Below, piece by piece: positions 17,571 to 26,571 of a DNA stretch of 64,000 nt (position 1 is its first letter; each line of letters opens with the position of its first letter). The notes below the pieces were generated by a model. That model was given only the letters and a program-made list of their open reading frames with translations. It was not told where the DNA came from and did no database searches. The translations under genes were made by a program, and so were the position numbers. The DNA is taken from assembly GCA_029061605.1 (NCBI GenBank), contig JAIDRT010000011.1, positions 43,374 through 107,373 on the forward strand, in the 5' to 3' direction. The stretch is from Clostridia bacterium. GTDB taxonomy: Bacteria > Bacillota > Clostridia > Christensenellales > UBA3700.

Positions 17571-18314
17571 CTAAACGTATTCTACGCTCTCAAGATAGAG
17601 CCCTTGCGGGTCAAGCGTCTTTCCTGTCCCAACGTGTCTTTTTGAATCAATAATCTTGGGTATATCCTCTGGCGCTATTCTGCCCCTGCCAACGTCAACT
17701 AGCGTACCTGAAATAATACGCACCATATTGTGCAAAAAGCCGTTGCCGGTAACTCTGATATATATCTCGTCGTCGGCTTGCTCCACGGCCAAAGCATAGA
17801 TAGTGCGCACGGTATTTTCCTTTTCTTCATTGGCTAGCATAAAGGCTCTGAAATCGTGCTCGCCCTCAAAATACTTGCAAGCGTCCTGCATCTTTGCGAT
17901 ATCCAAATCGTAAAAGCATATATGAAAATATTTGCGTTTGAGTGGACTGTGAATCTTGCAAAGGCAGATTTTATAAAGATACGTCTTGCGTTTTGCGCCA
18001 AACTGCGCGTGAAATTCGTCGCTTACTTTCTCACAAGAAGTGACGGCTATGTCTTTGGGTAAAAGCGTATTGATACTGTATCCAAAACTTGACGTCTTTA
18101 TCTCGCTGTCAACGTCGAAATGCACGACTTGAGCTATTGCGTGCACGCCTGCGTCCGTCCTGCCGCTGGAATGTACTGTAATTTGCTGTTGAAAACGCGT
18201 AGAAAGCGCTTCTTCAAGTTTTTGCTGAACGGTAGGCAAATTGTTTTGTCTTTGAAAGCCGTAATAATCGCTGCCGTCATAGCATACCGTCAATTTATAT
18301 CTTGCCATACTCAA
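17571..18314 (-). CDS. truA: tRNA pseudouridine(38-40) synthase TruA
   Basis: Motifs YDGSDYYGFQRQ and GRTDAGVHA (catalytic Asp) are present. It lies downstream of ecfT, as is usual in Firmicutes. Confidence 0.93.
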   Translation of the reverse strand: MSMARYKLTVCYDGSDYYGFQRQNNLPTVQQKLEEALSTRFQQQITVHSSGRTDAGVHAIAQVVHFDVDSEIKTSSFGYSINTLLPKDIAVTSCEKVSDEFHAQFGAKRKTYLYKICLCKIHSPLKRKYFHICFYDLDIAKMQDACKYFEGEHDFRAFMLANEEKENTVRTIYALAVEQADDEIYIRVTGNGFLHNMVRIISGTLVDVGRGRIAPEDIPKIIDSKRHVGTGKTLDPQGLYLESVEYV

Positions 18315-19213
18315 CCCGAAATGCTCTTGATAAGATTGTATACGAAAATATCAAGTCCTTGAACATCAAAACCTCCGAGATCGGGAGACGGCACCATTGC
18401 GCCAATATAATACTTGTCAAGGAAAATCAATACGACAAGCGCTGTAAATACAAAAAACGTGATCAAGTCGGTTGCTTTTAACTTAAAGACTTTCATCTTA
18501 GTACGCTTATTGGAAGCGTTGTAGCATCTTGCGTCCAAAGCGTCGGCAAGTTCGTCTGCTCGCCTAAACGCGCTTACAAAAAGCGGGATAAGCACAGGCA
18601 GCATAGCCTTGATTTTCTTAAAGAAATTGCCGCTGTCGAGATTTGCTCCTCTAGCCTTTTGCGCCATCATAATCTTATCGGTTTCTTCCATAAGTCCTGG
18701 GATAAAACGAAGCGCTATTGACATAATGATAGCCAAGTCGTGCACCGGAATTTTGATATAAGTCAACGGCTTCAAAAGCACTTCCAACGCGTCAGTAAGT
18801 TCTGTTGGCGTAGTAGTAAAAGTCAATATAGAAGACCCCAAGACGAGCAACGAAAATCTCAACGCCATCTTGATTGCAAAATTTATGCCTTGATCAGTTA
18901 TACTAATGACAAGTTTTCCAATATTAAAAGACAAAAGCGAGTTGCCCGACGAAGTAAAAAATATATTGATGATCGCCGTAAAAATCAACAGGAAGAGCAA
19001 TCCTTTGATACTCCTCAATACGATCCTGTAAGGCACGTGAGAGATGGCAATTATTATCGTCAAAAGGGTAAACATACAGAAAAACGCAGTATACGATACG
19101 ATAAAGAATACCGATACCATATATAATAAAGTCACCAATATCTTTATTCTTGCGTCAATACTGTGAATGAAAGATTTGACGGGATAATACTGTCCAAAAG
19201 AAATATCTCTCAC
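18311..19213 (-). CDS. ecfT: Energy-coupling factor transporter transmembrane subunit EcfT
   Basis: The protein is polytopic. The N-terminus FGQYYPVKSFIHSIDARIKIL and the ARG...R/ADELA coupling-helix region are typical of EcfT. It overlaps both neighbours by 4 nt. Confidence 0.9.
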   Translation of the reverse strand: MRDISFGQYYPVKSFIHSIDARIKILVTLLYMVSVFFIVSYTAFFCMFTLLTIIIAISHVPYRIVLRSIKGLLFLLIFTAIINIFFTSSGNSLLSFNIGKLVISITDQGINFAIKMALRFSLLVLGSSILTFTTTPTELTDALEVLLKPLTYIKIPVHDLAIIMSIALRFIPGLMEETDKIMMAQKARGANLDSGNFFKKIKAMLPVLIPLFVSAFRRADELADALDARCYNASNKRTKMKVFKLKATDLITFFVFTALVVLIFLDKYYIGAMVPSPDLGGFDVQGLDIFVYNLIKSISG

Positions 19214-20310
19214 TCTTTATCCTCCTTGACTTTATTCTTTGACACAGCGTCTTTTTTTGAAGTCTTGTTCTTCTTCTCGCTTTTCAATCCAAATTTTTTT
19301 GTAGACTTGCGCGCCTTATTGTCGCTGTTGATATCGTCTTGCGAAACGGTGATAAGTCCCAACGCTTCTCTCTCTTCTGACGTCAGCCACTTTTGAGAAA
19401 AATCATACATATCAAATACGCCTGCATTCTCGTCAATATTCGTAGAATGTATTGCATTATATCTCGTAATTATCGCTTTGAGCAAATCCTCTGCCGTAAC
19501 TATCTCGTCCCCGAGGTCAATTCCGCGCTCGCGCAAAGCGTTGACGACTTTGACTGCTCTTGGGATATCAAGTCCCATTTCCTGCAAATGCTCCGAATGC
19601 TTGAAAAGTTGTTGCATAGGCTCGTCGTAGACAATATGCGAATCGTTGAACACTACTATTCTGTTGGCAAAACGAGTAATCTCGTCGATATCGTGCGATA
19701 TCACGACGATAGTAGGCGAACAGTGCGTCTTGAGGTATTTGATAAGATTGAGTATTTGCTCTTTACCAAACGGATCAAGACCTGCCGTCGGCTCGTCAAG
19801 AATGAGCATCTTGGGTTGCATTGCTATAATTCCTGCAATTGCTACCCTGCGTTTTTGACCGCCAGAAAGTTCAAACGGCGCTCTGTCCTTGACCGCCTCG
19901 TAATCAAGCCCCACTATCTCTATGGCGTGCTTAACTCTCTTTGCTACCTCGTCTGCGCTGAGCCCCAAATTCTTTGGTCCAAAAGCAACGTCCTTTTCTA
20001 CCGTGTCAGCAAAAAGTTGATACTCTGGATATTGGAATACCATACCTACGCCGCTTCTCAAAGCCCTTAAATCCACCTTTGGTCTTTTGGCGGGAGTGAG
20101 TTTTATATCAAAAATCTCTATCTCGCCTTCTTGCGGTTTGATAAGTCCGTTGATATGCTGGATAAACGTTGATTTTCCGCTTCCGGTATGACCTATGATA
20201 CCAAGAAAATCTCCTTCGTTGATCTGCAAATTTATATTGTCAAGCGCTCTTTTTTCATACGGTGTCTTGGCGCTGTAAGTAAACGTAAGATTCTTTATAA
20301 CAACTGGCAT
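19210..20310 (-). CDS. ecfA2: ECF transporter ATPase EcfA2, with Lys-rich C-terminal extension
   Basis: Motifs are Walker A GHTGSGKST, LSGGQKRRVAIAG and ILDEPTAGLD. I place the start at ATG 20310 (GGAGAG RBS) rather than track start 20400, which lies inside ecfA1. Confidence 0.9.
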   Translation of the reverse strand: MPVVIKNLTFTYSAKTPYEKRALDNINLQINEGDFLGIIGHTGSGKSTFIQHINGLIKPQEGEIEIFDIKLTPAKRPKVDLRALRSGVGMVFQYPEYQLFADTVEKDVAFGPKNLGLSADEVAKRVKHAIEIVGLDYEAVKDRAPFELSGGQKRRVAIAGIIAMQPKMLILDEPTAGLDPFGKEQILNLIKYLKTHCSPTIVVISHDIDEITRFANRIVVFNDSHIVYDEPMQQLFKHSEHLQEMGLDIPRAVKVVNALRERGIDLGDEIVTAEDLLKAIITRYNAIHSTNIDENAGVFDMYDFSQKWLTSEEREALGLITVSQDDINSDNKARKSTKKFGLKSEKKNKTSKKDAVSKNKVKEDKE

Positions 20311-21128
20311 AATCTCTCCACAAGTTCCTCTTGGTTTACTATTCCTTCGCCCACGTCTACGCCTGCTTTTTGCAAAGATATAGCCATTTGCGTTTCCCAC
20401 GGCACAGCAAGTTTGATTGCCTTGAGTTCTTCATAATTTTTGAATACTTCTCTGGGAGTTCCGTCAAAAGCAATATGCCCGCCGTTCATCACGATAAGCC
20501 TGTCCGCGCCTAAAGCCTCTTCCATAAAGTGAGTGATATGTATTACGGTAATGCCGTCCTGCTTATTGAGTTCGTGCGCAACCTTAAGCACCTCGCTTCT
20601 TCCTTGCGGGTCAAGCATTGCCGTAGACTCGTCAAGTACCAAAATTTTAGGCTTTATCGCAAGCACGCCTGCAATAGCCAAACGCTGTTTCTGCCCTCCG
20701 CTCATCTTAAACGGTGTGCGCTTGCGATATTCAAGCATTCCCACTTTGGACAGCGCCCACTCAACTCTGCGGATTATTTCCTCTCTCTCAACGCCGAGAT
20801 TCTCAGGGCCGAACGCGACGTCGTCTTCGACTATAGAGGCAATCATCTGATTGTCGGGATTTTGAAAGACCATTCCGACGTTTTTTCTTATTTCATAAAT
20901 CGTGTTTGGATCGAGAGTGGAGTTGCCAAATATCTTTACCTCGCCGCTGGATGGCAACAAAAGTCCGTTGAGCAACTTGGCAAGCGTACTCTTTCCGCTG
21001 CCGTTGTGTCCCACGAGCGCGACGAAAGTACCTTCTTCGATATGCAACGAAAGTTCTTTGACTGCGTCAATACGGTGAGTATCGTTGATATTATAAGAAT
21101 ACGTAACGTTGTCTAATAAAACAGCCAT
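20295..21128 (-). CDS. ecfA1: ECF transporter ATPase EcfA1
   Basis: Motifs are GHNGSGKSTLAK, MSGGQKQRLAIAG and VLDESTAMLD. It is the first gene of the ecfA1-ecfA2-ecfT-truA operon. Confidence 0.9.
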   Translation of the reverse strand: MAVLLDNVTYSYNINDTHRIDAVKELSLHIEEGTFVALVGHNGSGKSTLAKLLNGLLLPSSGEVKIFGNSTLDPNTIYEIRKNVGMVFQNPDNQMIASIVEDDVAFGPENLGVEREEIIRRVEWALSKVGMLEYRKRTPFKMSGGQKQRLAIAGVLAIKPKILVLDESTAMLDPQGRSEVLKVAHELNKQDGITVIHITHFMEEALGADRLIVMNGGHIAFDGTPREVFKNYEELKAIKLAVPWETQMAISLQKAGVDVGEGIVNQEELVERLCQLL

Positions 21129-21160
21129 ATACTTTCATCTCGCCTCAAAATATTTTGTAT

Positions 21161-21189
21161 ATTATACCATAAAAAACAAGAGAATACAA
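21161..21189 (-). promoter_or_regulatory. Promoter of the ecf-truA operon
   Basis: The minus strand reads TTGTAT, a 17-nt spacer, then TATAAT preceded by TGG (extended -10 like). Confidence 0.6.
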
Positions 21190-21267
21190 ATATATGCCGT
21201 CACTTTTTTACAACGCATAATAATATTATAAAAACCATTTTGTATAAGGAAAAATATATAAAATCCA

Positions 21268-21296
21268 TTGACTTGACTATATATAAGTATTATAAT
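21268..21296 (+). promoter_or_regulatory. Promoter of the PFOR gene
   Basis: TTGACT (21268-21273), a 17-nt spacer, then TATAAT (21291-21296). The GGAGG RBS lies 9 nt before ATG 21348. Confidence 0.7.
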
Positions 21297-21347
21297 TATT
21301 TAGGTTTAAATTAAACAATCATATTCCTAAACGGAGGTAAAAATTTA

Positions 21348-24300
21348 ATGAGTAAGAAAATGACAATCGACGGTAATACCGCAGCCGCTCACGTCGCATA
21401 CGCGATGAGTGAAGTTGCTGCAATTTACCCAATCACCCCTTCTTCTCCAATGGCAGAAAACTGCGACGAATGGGCTACAGCAGGAAGAAAAAATATCTTT
21501 GGACAAGTTCTTCGCCTTGCGGAAATGCAATCGGAGGCAGGCGCGGCAGGCGCTGTTCACGGCTCGCTTATGGCAGGCGCTTTGACGACTACTTTTACGG
21601 CAAGCCAAGGTCTTCTCTTGATGATCCCAAATATGTATAAAATCGCAGGCGAATTGACGCCTTGCGTATTCCACGTGAGCGCAAGAGCGCTTGCATATCA
21701 CGCGCTCAATATTTTCGGCGACCATTCCGACGTAATGGCTTGCCGTCAGACAGGCTTTGCAATGCTCTGCTCCAACTCCGTACAAGAGGTAATGGACCTT
21801 GCTCTCGTATCGCATCTTGCGACGCTCAAGGCAAAAGTCCCATTCATTCACTTCTTTGACGGATTCAGAACTTCTCACGAAGTATCCAAGATAGAAGTAA
21901 TAGATTACGCAGATATCAAGAACACTGTTGACAAGAAGTATATGCCTTATATCGACGAGTTCCGCAAGCGTTCGCTCAACCCTGAGCACCCAGTTCAAAA
22001 GGGTACGGCGCAAAATCCTGATATCTATTTCCAAAACCGCGAGGCTTGCAACAGTTATTACAACGCTGTTCCACAAATCGTCGAAGAGGCTATGGAAGAC
22101 GTCAAGGCTATCACCGGTCGTGAATATAAGCCTTATCAATATTACGGCGCAAGCGACGCAGAGTCTATCATAGTCATTATGGGTAGCGGCGCAGACGCAG
22201 TAAGCGAGACCGTTGACTATCTCAACGCAAGAGGCGGCAAGTACGGCGTGCTCAAAGTCAGACTTTACCGTCCGTTCTCCGCTAAGATGTTTGCTGACGC
22301 AATACCTGCAAGCGTAAAGAGAATCGCAGTGCTCGACAGAGTAAAAGAAAGCGGTAGCGCAGGCGAGCCTCTCTACCTCGACGTAATTACTTCTCTCCAC
22401 GAGACAAACAGAAAAGATATCGTCGTAACAGGCGGAAGATACGGTCTTGGCAGCAAGGAATTCACTCCTTCTATGGTCAACGCGATCTATAAGAATATGG
22501 AAAGCAAAGACGCTAAGAATCACTTCACCGTTGGTATCGTAGACGACGTGACTGGCACTTCTATTGACGTAACTGAGACTATCGACGCGTCTGCAAAGGG
22601 CGCTATCTCCTGCAAATTCTTCGGACTTGGCTCCGACGGTACCGTAGGTAGCAACAAGAACTCTATCAAGATCATAGGCGACTATACCGAAAAGTACGCT
22701 CAGGCATATTTTGCATACGACTCCAAGAAGTCGGGCGGTATCACCGTATCGCACTTGAGATTCGGCGACACTCCAATCAGAAGTTCTTACCTCATAGACC
22801 AAGCAGACTTCGTGGCTTGCCACAATCCGTCTTACGTCGTAAAATACGATATGATTTCCGACCTCAAGGACGGCGGAATATTCTTGCTCAACTCCCCTTG
22901 GAGCCTTGCAGAAATGGAAAAACAACTCCCTGCTAGTATGAAGAATATGATTGCTAAAAAACATATCAAGTTCTATAATATCGACGCTATAAAAGTCGTA
23001 ACCGAGATTGGTCTTGGCAACCGTATATCTACGACTATGCAGGCTTGCTTCTTTAAACTTGCTAATGTCATAGACTATGCAGAAGCCGACAAGCATATGA
23101 AAGAATTTGTCGTCAAATCCTTCTCCAAGAAGGGCGAGAAGATCGTCAATATGAACTTCGCCGCAATCGACAACGCAATCGCAAATATCCAAGAAGTAAA
23201 CTACCCTGAGTCTTGGGCAACCACGACAGACGGCGCCGTGACAAAGCCTGTCACAAAAGACGCTTACTTCACGAATATCATTGCTCCTATACTTGCTCAG
23301 GAAGGACAAAAACTCCCTGTATCTGCATTTATGGATCACGCAGACGGCACCGTTCCTACTGGTACGACCAAGTATGAAAAGAGAGGCATTGCAGTTAAAG
23401 TTCCTGTATGGATAAAGGAAAACTGCTTGCAATGTAACCAATGCTCTTTCGTATGTCCGCACGCTTGTATCATTCCTGTTGCTCAAAAGGCTGACGCGCT
23501 TGAGAAGGCTCCAAAGACCTTTGAGACAGTGCCAATGAAGAATCCAAAGGCAAAGGAATACAACTTCAGAATTCAAGTATCCCCGCTTGACTGCTCGGGC
23601 TGCGGCAACTGCGCAAATATCTGCCCCGCTAAGCAAAAGGCTTTGGTAATGACCCCGCTTGCAGACGTACTTGCAAGCGGTCAAGCAAAGAATTGGGAAT
23701 TTGCAGACAAACTCGACGAAAGCGACGTGCCAATCGCAAGAGACAGCGTGATAGGAAGTCAGTTCAACCGCTCGCTCTTTGAGTTCTCCGGCGCTTGCGC
23801 AGGTTGTGGAGAAACTCCTTATCTCAAGGTGATCACCCAACTTTACGGCGACAGAATGATAGTAGCAAACGCTACCGGTTGCTCCTCTATCTACGGCGGC
23901 TCCGCTCCTACTTGCCCATACAGCAAGAATAAGAAGGGCGAAGGTCCCGCTTGGGCAAACAGTTTGTTTGAAGACAACGCAGAATTCGGTTTTGGTATGC
24001 TCACTGCTACCAACCACCGCAGAGTTAAACTTATGGAAGATATGGAAGCCGTAATGGCTCTCGGCGTAGACGCTGATCTTGCAAGCAAGTTTACCGCTTG
24101 GATGGAAACGTATAACGACGCTATCGCAAATAAGGGCGCAAGCCAAGCAATCAAAGACGCGATCGCAAAAGCCGCTAAGGCAGAAAAAGACAAAGAGAAA
24201 AAGGCTCTTCTCACAAATATCGCAAAGAATACAGACTGCCTCGTCAAAAAGTCAGTATGGGCATTCGGCGGTGACGGCTGGGCTTACGATATAGGTTACG

Positions 24301-24887
24301 GCGGTCTTGACCACGTACTCGCTCAAGGTCAAAATATCAACGTAGTCGTACTTGACACGGAAGTATACTCCAACACCGGCGGTCAGGCATCCAAGTCTTC
24401 TCCGACAGGCGCAGTCGCTAAGTTCGCAGCAGGCGGTAAGATGACCAAGAAGAAAGACCTCGGCAAGATGGCAATGAGTTATGGATACGTATACGTCGCT
24501 CAAGTGGCTATGGGCGCAAATATGAATCAATACGTCAAGGCTTTGAAAGAGGCTGAGGAATACGATGGACCGTCGCTCATCATCTGCTACGCTCCTTGTA
24601 TCAACCACGGTATCAATATGTCCAACTCTCAACTTGAAGAAAAGAGAGCCGTTGAAGCAGGATACTGGCAGTTGTATAGATTCAACCCTGCTCTAGCAGA
24701 GCAAGGCAAGAATCCGTTCACTCTCGACAGCAAAGAAGCAACCGCAGATTACAAGGAATTCCTCCTTGGCGAAAACAGATACGCTCAACTTGCAAAAGCA
24801 AAACCGCAAGTCGCAGAAAAACTCTTTGCTATCAACGAAAAGGAAGCAAAAGAAAGATACGCTGGCTATAAGAAGTTGTCTGAATAA
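21348..24887 (+). CDS. nifJ: Pyruvate:ferredoxin (flavodoxin) oxidoreductase, single-polypeptide PFOR
   Basis: 1179 aa. The N-terminus is MTIDGNTAAAHVAYA...YPITPSS. There are two 4Fe-4S ferredoxin motifs (CLQCNQCSFVCPH, CSGCGNCANICP) and the TPP-binding GGDGWAYDIG motif. Confidence 0.95.
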   Translation: MSKKMTIDGNTAAAHVAYAMSEVAAIYPITPSSPMAENCDEWATAGRKNIFGQVLRLAEMQSEAGAAGAVHGSLMAGALTTTFTASQGLLLMIPNMYKIAGELTPCVFHVSARALAYHALNIFGDHSDVMACRQTGFAMLCSNSVQEVMDLALVSHLATLKAKVPFIHFFDGFRTSHEVSKIEVIDYADIKNTVDKKYMPYIDEFRKRSLNPEHPVQKGTAQNPDIYFQNREACNSYYNAVPQIVEEAMEDVKAITGREYKPYQYYGASDAESIIVIMGSGADAVSETVDYLNARGGKYGVLKVRLYRPFSAKMFADAIPASVKRIAVLDRVKESGSAGEPLYLDVITSLHETNRKDIVVTGGRYGLGSKEFTPSMVNAIYKNMESKDAKNHFTVGIVDDVTGTSIDVTETIDASAKGAISCKFFGLGSDGTVGSNKNSIKIIGDYTEKYAQAYFAYDSKKSGGITVSHLRFGDTPIRSSYLIDQADFVACHNPSYVVKYDMISDLKDGGIFLLNSPWSLAEMEKQLPASMKNMIAKKHIKFYNIDAIKVVTEIGLGNRISTTMQACFFKLANVIDYAEADKHMKEFVVKSFSKKGEKIVNMNFAAIDNAIANIQEVNYPESWATTTDGAVTKPVTKDAYFTNIIAPILAQEGQKLPVSAFMDHADGTVPTGTTKYEKRGIAVKVPVWIKENCLQCNQCSFVCPHACIIPVAQKADALEKAPKTFETVPMKNPKAKEYNFRIQVSPLDCSGCGNCANICPAKQKALVMTPLADVLASGQAKNWEFADKLDESDVPIARDSVIGSQFNRSLFEFSGACAGCGETPYLKVITQLYGDRMIVANATGCSSIYGGSAPTCPYSKNKKGEGPAWANSLFEDNAEFGFGMLTATNHRRVKLMEDMEAVMALGVDADLASKFTAWMETYNDAIANKGASQAIKDAIAKAAKAEKDKEKKALLTNIAKNTDCLVKKSVWAFGGDGWAYDIGYGGLDHVLAQGQNINVVVLDTEVYSNTGGQASKSSPTGAVAKFAAGGKMTKKKDLGKMAMSYGYVYVAQVAMGANMNQYVKALKEAEEYDGPSLIICYAPCINHGINMSNSQLEEKRAVEAGYWQLYRFNPALAEQGKNPFTLDSKEATADYKEFLLGENRYAQLAKAKPQVAEKLFAINEKEAKERYAGYKKLSE

Positions 24888-24921
24888 TAGACACCACGTA
24901 TTGAAAATACGCAATTACACA

Positions 24922-24962
24922 AACAGGGAAGCAAATGCTTCCCTGTTGTTTGTTTAATTTTT
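24922..24962 (+). terminator. Rho-independent terminator of PFOR
   Basis: AACAGGGAAGC-AAAT-GCTTCCCTGTT is followed by the T-rich GTTTGTTTAATTTTTT. Confidence 0.85.
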
Positions 24963-24971
24963 TAACGAGTA

Positions 24972-25096
24972 ATTCTGAGCGAAACATAACGCCGTAAAAT
25001 CTATTGTCATTTCGACCAAAGCGTAGCGTCGTGGAGAAATCTCAACATATTAAAAAATATACGGATAGAGACCTCTCCACTTCAGTCAAGGTGACG
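24972..25096. repeat. REP-like unit cluster
   Basis: Units are 24972-25001 (short form), 25006-25043 GTCATTTCGACCAAAGCGTAGCGTCGTGGAGAAATCTC and 25068-25096 GAGACCTCTCCACTTCAGTCAAGGTGACG. Confidence 0.8.
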
Positions 25097-25145
25097 ATAA
25101 AAATGTCACTATTACATAAGTAAACGTTTATAAATTTATACCTAT

Positions 25146-25853
25146 TTACCTAAACATATACCTTAAATCCACGTCCGACGTGAAGATATATACTTGGTCT
25201 TTGAGATATATCACGTAGGCTTGCTTAAGCGCTTCATTGACAACATAAGTCGAATTATATACGGCGTACTTGCCGCTTATAAACTTATAGCCGCCGCTGA
25301 GAATAGCGTAATATCTTCCGTCCATACTTGTGACGTTACCTTGAAGCAATACCGTCACTTCGACTTTTACGTTGTCTTTGACGTAATATTCTCTATACGC
25401 GCTCTCGTCTTGCGTGACCTCAGTCTCCACGACAGTCCAATCGTCTTTATAGTCATAGATAAGGTCTATGCCTAAGTCTTTAATATTTTTATCAATATCG
25501 TCAAAGGAAATATTATTGTCAAGCGTAAATCTCCAACTACTGCGATAGTCTATCACGTCCGATCCTATGTTGGCGCCGTCATAATTATCTTGTCCAGGCG
25601 CGTTGGTCGGTCCGCCAAATATTGACGAAGAAATTAGTATAACAACAATTGCAATCACAACAATTGAGCAAGCAAAAGAAGTCCAAGCAACGCGATTTCT
25701 ACGCCTTGCTTTCTTGGCTTTTGTCTCTTGTTCAACAAACTCTCCGCCAAGCGCCTTCTTGCTTTGAATCTTCTGCAATAAGACGTCTTTGTCAGGAGCG
25801 TTTAACTCTTCAAAAGCCTTGATTAAATTGTCCTTTTGTTTTTTCTTCATCAT
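25146..25853 (-). CDS. Single-pass membrane protein, putative anti-sigma factor
   Basis: It lies immediately downstream of the sigma-factor gene. A short cytoplasmic N-terminus is followed by a TM helix (FACSIVVIAIVVILISSSIF) and a ~150-aa extracytoplasmic domain. The function is inferred from position only. The start is uncertain (ATG 25853/25850; the track start is TTG 25901). Confidence 0.5.
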   Translation of the reverse strand: MMKKKQKDNLIKAFEELNAPDKDVLLQKIQSKKALGGEFVEQETKAKKARRRNRVAWTSFACSIVVIAIVVILISSSIFGGPTNAPGQDNYDGANIGSDVIDYRSSWRFTLDNNISFDDIDKNIKDLGIDLIYDYKDDWTVVETEVTQDESAYREYYVKDNVKVEVTVLLQGNVTSMDGRYYAILSGGYKFISGKYAVYNSTYVVNEALKQAYVIYLKDQVYIFTSDVDLRYMFR

Positions 25854-25909
25854 TCCTCTATTTTTAATACACTTTTTTTGATATTTTGTATCGCCTATCA
25901 ATTATTTTG

Positions 25910-26461
25910 CTATAAATAATCTTTTAATTTACCAATTGCCCTCTTATACGTTCTCTCCACACTACCCAGCGACTTGCCGATTTTTTGCGCTATCTCCCTA
26001 AAAGTCATATCCATATAAAACTTGCAATATATCACGCTGTACTCCTCGTCGTCAAGAAGTTTTAGACCTTCGCGTACTGTAATTGACGTTACCTTATCGT
26101 CAATACTCTGCCTTGTGGCTAGTATATTTTCATTGAGCGGAGCAATTGGACGCCGCTTTTCGCCTCTTGTCAAATTGAGATATTTGTTCTTGATTATTTT
26201 GCAAAGATAATTAAAAGCGCTACGCCCCGGCTTGTAATGACTTGCGATATACTCGATATTGGCAAAAACTTCCGCCACCAAGTCTTCCGCCGTCATTGAA
26301 TGTCGACAGTATCTAAAGGCTACGCAATAAAGTCCCTTGTAAGTGAGTTCAAAAAGAGCGGCAATACTATCCGTATTGCCCTGACAAATGTCCAGCATAT
26401 ACTTCTCGGCTGTCTTGTCAAGATCCCTACCCACTTCCTTCATATATTGAGCGTAACACAT
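25910..26461 (-). CDS. RNA polymerase sigma-70 family (ECF-like) sigma factor
   Basis: The region-2-like segment is DLVAEVFANI. The region-4 HTH is TFREIAQKIGKSLGSVERTYKRAIGKLK. The start is uncertain because none of the candidate ATGs has a clear RBS. Confidence 0.8.
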   Translation of the reverse strand: MCYAQYMKEVGRDLDKTAEKYMLDICQGNTDSIAALFELTYKGLYCVAFRYCRHSMTAEDLVAEVFANIEYIASHYKPGRSAFNYLCKIIKNKYLNLTRGEKRRPIAPLNENILATRQSIDDKVTSITVREGLKLLDDEEYSVIYCKFYMDMTFREIAQKIGKSLGSVERTYKRAIGKLKDYL

Positions 26462-26571
26462 ACCGCGACGAATTGTCAACCTTGAGTTTTATAAAAAATT
26501 TTTCATCAAAGCGATACAAAAGACTTTTTGCGGTGTAGTATTAGTCGAAATGCAAAGACGGAGGAAAAGGT

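Noticed and set aside
21345-24146. 933-aa open reading frame on the minus strand, antisense to the PFOR gene
   Set aside because: Its sequence is Cys/Val/His/Arg-rich with no motifs. It overlaps a gene whose product has unmistakable PFOR motifs along its whole length. Long stop-free antisense frames are a known by-product of strong codon bias.
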